Of a stretch of 64,000 bases of DNA, positions 63,270 through 64,000 are shown piece after piece. The notes beneath the pieces were generated by a model. The model did no database searches. It saw only the letters and a program-made list of their open reading frames with translations, and was not told the DNA's origin. This DNA is from Paragordius varius. Its lineage: Eukaryota; Animalia; Nematomorpha. Positions within the stretch are counted from its first letter, which is position 1; each line of letters starts with the position of its first letter. The stretch covers positions 12,028,001 through 12,092,000 of the forward strand of contig OZ176053.1 of assembly GCA_964247055.1 (NCBI GenBank). The letters run 5' to 3'. Made by a program: the position numbers and the translations under genes.

Positions 63270-64000
63270 CGTTTGTCGATTTCGTTGATGAGTGGTGTGG
63301 GCCCAATGTTAAAAGGCAATATTGGCAGTTCGTCGTCAACAAAATTGCAATTGAGAATAAGATCCCCACCGATTGACAAAACAGTAATACTATTCCAATC
63401 TATAAAAATAAAGGGAATAAACTTAATTGCACATCATATCGCTCAAGTAAACTCCTGGAACATATTATGAAAAGTTTTTGAATCAATCTTAGCTCAAAAA
63501 ATAAGTTAATATTGACAGCATGCAATTTGCCTTCCGGCAAGTCTGCAGCACAACAGATCCCATATTTATATTAAGGCGCCTCCAAGAAAACTATCTTTTT
63601 AAAGGTATTCAATTATACCATCTATTTATTGACATGGAGAAAGCGTTCAAGAAAATCCCTCGAACGCTTATTTTCTGGTGTCTTCAAAAAAAAGAAGTAA
63701 ATGGATCATAGATGCAATAAAGTTATTATATGATAACAGTAAAACTTGTGTTAACACACATTTCGGGTACACAATTCCATTCCACATCACAACAGAACTA
63801 CACAAATGTTCTGTTCTCAGTCGCTTACTATTCACCATAATAGTAGACACCATCAGTGATGAGATCCGTACTGGCCTTCCTTGGGAGCTCATTTACGCTG
63901 ATGATCTATTGTTAACGTCAGAAAATCTAAACGAACTCAGTCAAAAGTTCAAAAGACTGTTTACGTCATAATCTCACAATCAACATCCAAAAAAACTAAG
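63270..64000 (+). mobile_element. Degraded RTE-clade LINE reverse transcriptase, running off the window edge
   Basis: KIPTD*QNSNTIPIYKNKGNKLNCTSYR..KLLEHIMKVFE; QFAFRQ..STTDPIFILRRLQE; FIDMEKAF; LPWELIYADDLLL; NLTINIQKTK. Frameshifted. Confidence 0.9.

Overview
Very AT-rich invertebrate (metazoan) nuclear DNA; the species cannot be assigned from sequence alone. I reconstructed five intron-rich genes by hand, and the summed exon lengths keep frame in each. They are GMPPA (minus, 5' part only), a P5B-type ATP13A2/3-like ATPase (plus, 30 exons, ~1498 aa), Rabex-5/RABGEF1 (plus, ~653 aa), a RILP-like protein (plus, ~425 aa) and the AP-1/2 beta-adaptin (minus, 20 exons here, 5' end outside the window). 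Introns and spacers carry many mobile elements: a mariner, three SPIN/Buster-like hAT relics, piggyBac-type MITEs, a piggyBac-derived foldback, a TA-flanked MITE family with 21-bp subterminal repeats, a complete non-autonomous Helitron, RTE/LINE fragments and an inverted Ty3/Gypsy cluster. The most striking observations are: (1) an HDV/R2-type self-cleaving ribozyme core, in sense orientation inside RILPL intron 2, forming the inverted half of a TSD-flanked RTE insertion; (2) obligatory 24-38 nt spliceosomal micro-introns coexisting with introns of 61 nt to 4.7 kb; (3) repeated long inverted duplications of TE sequence inside introns; (4) a duplicated half-exon in beta-adaptin; (5) a ~165-aa insertion in the Rabex-5 VPS9 domain. 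All alignments were made by eye, and identities are estimates.
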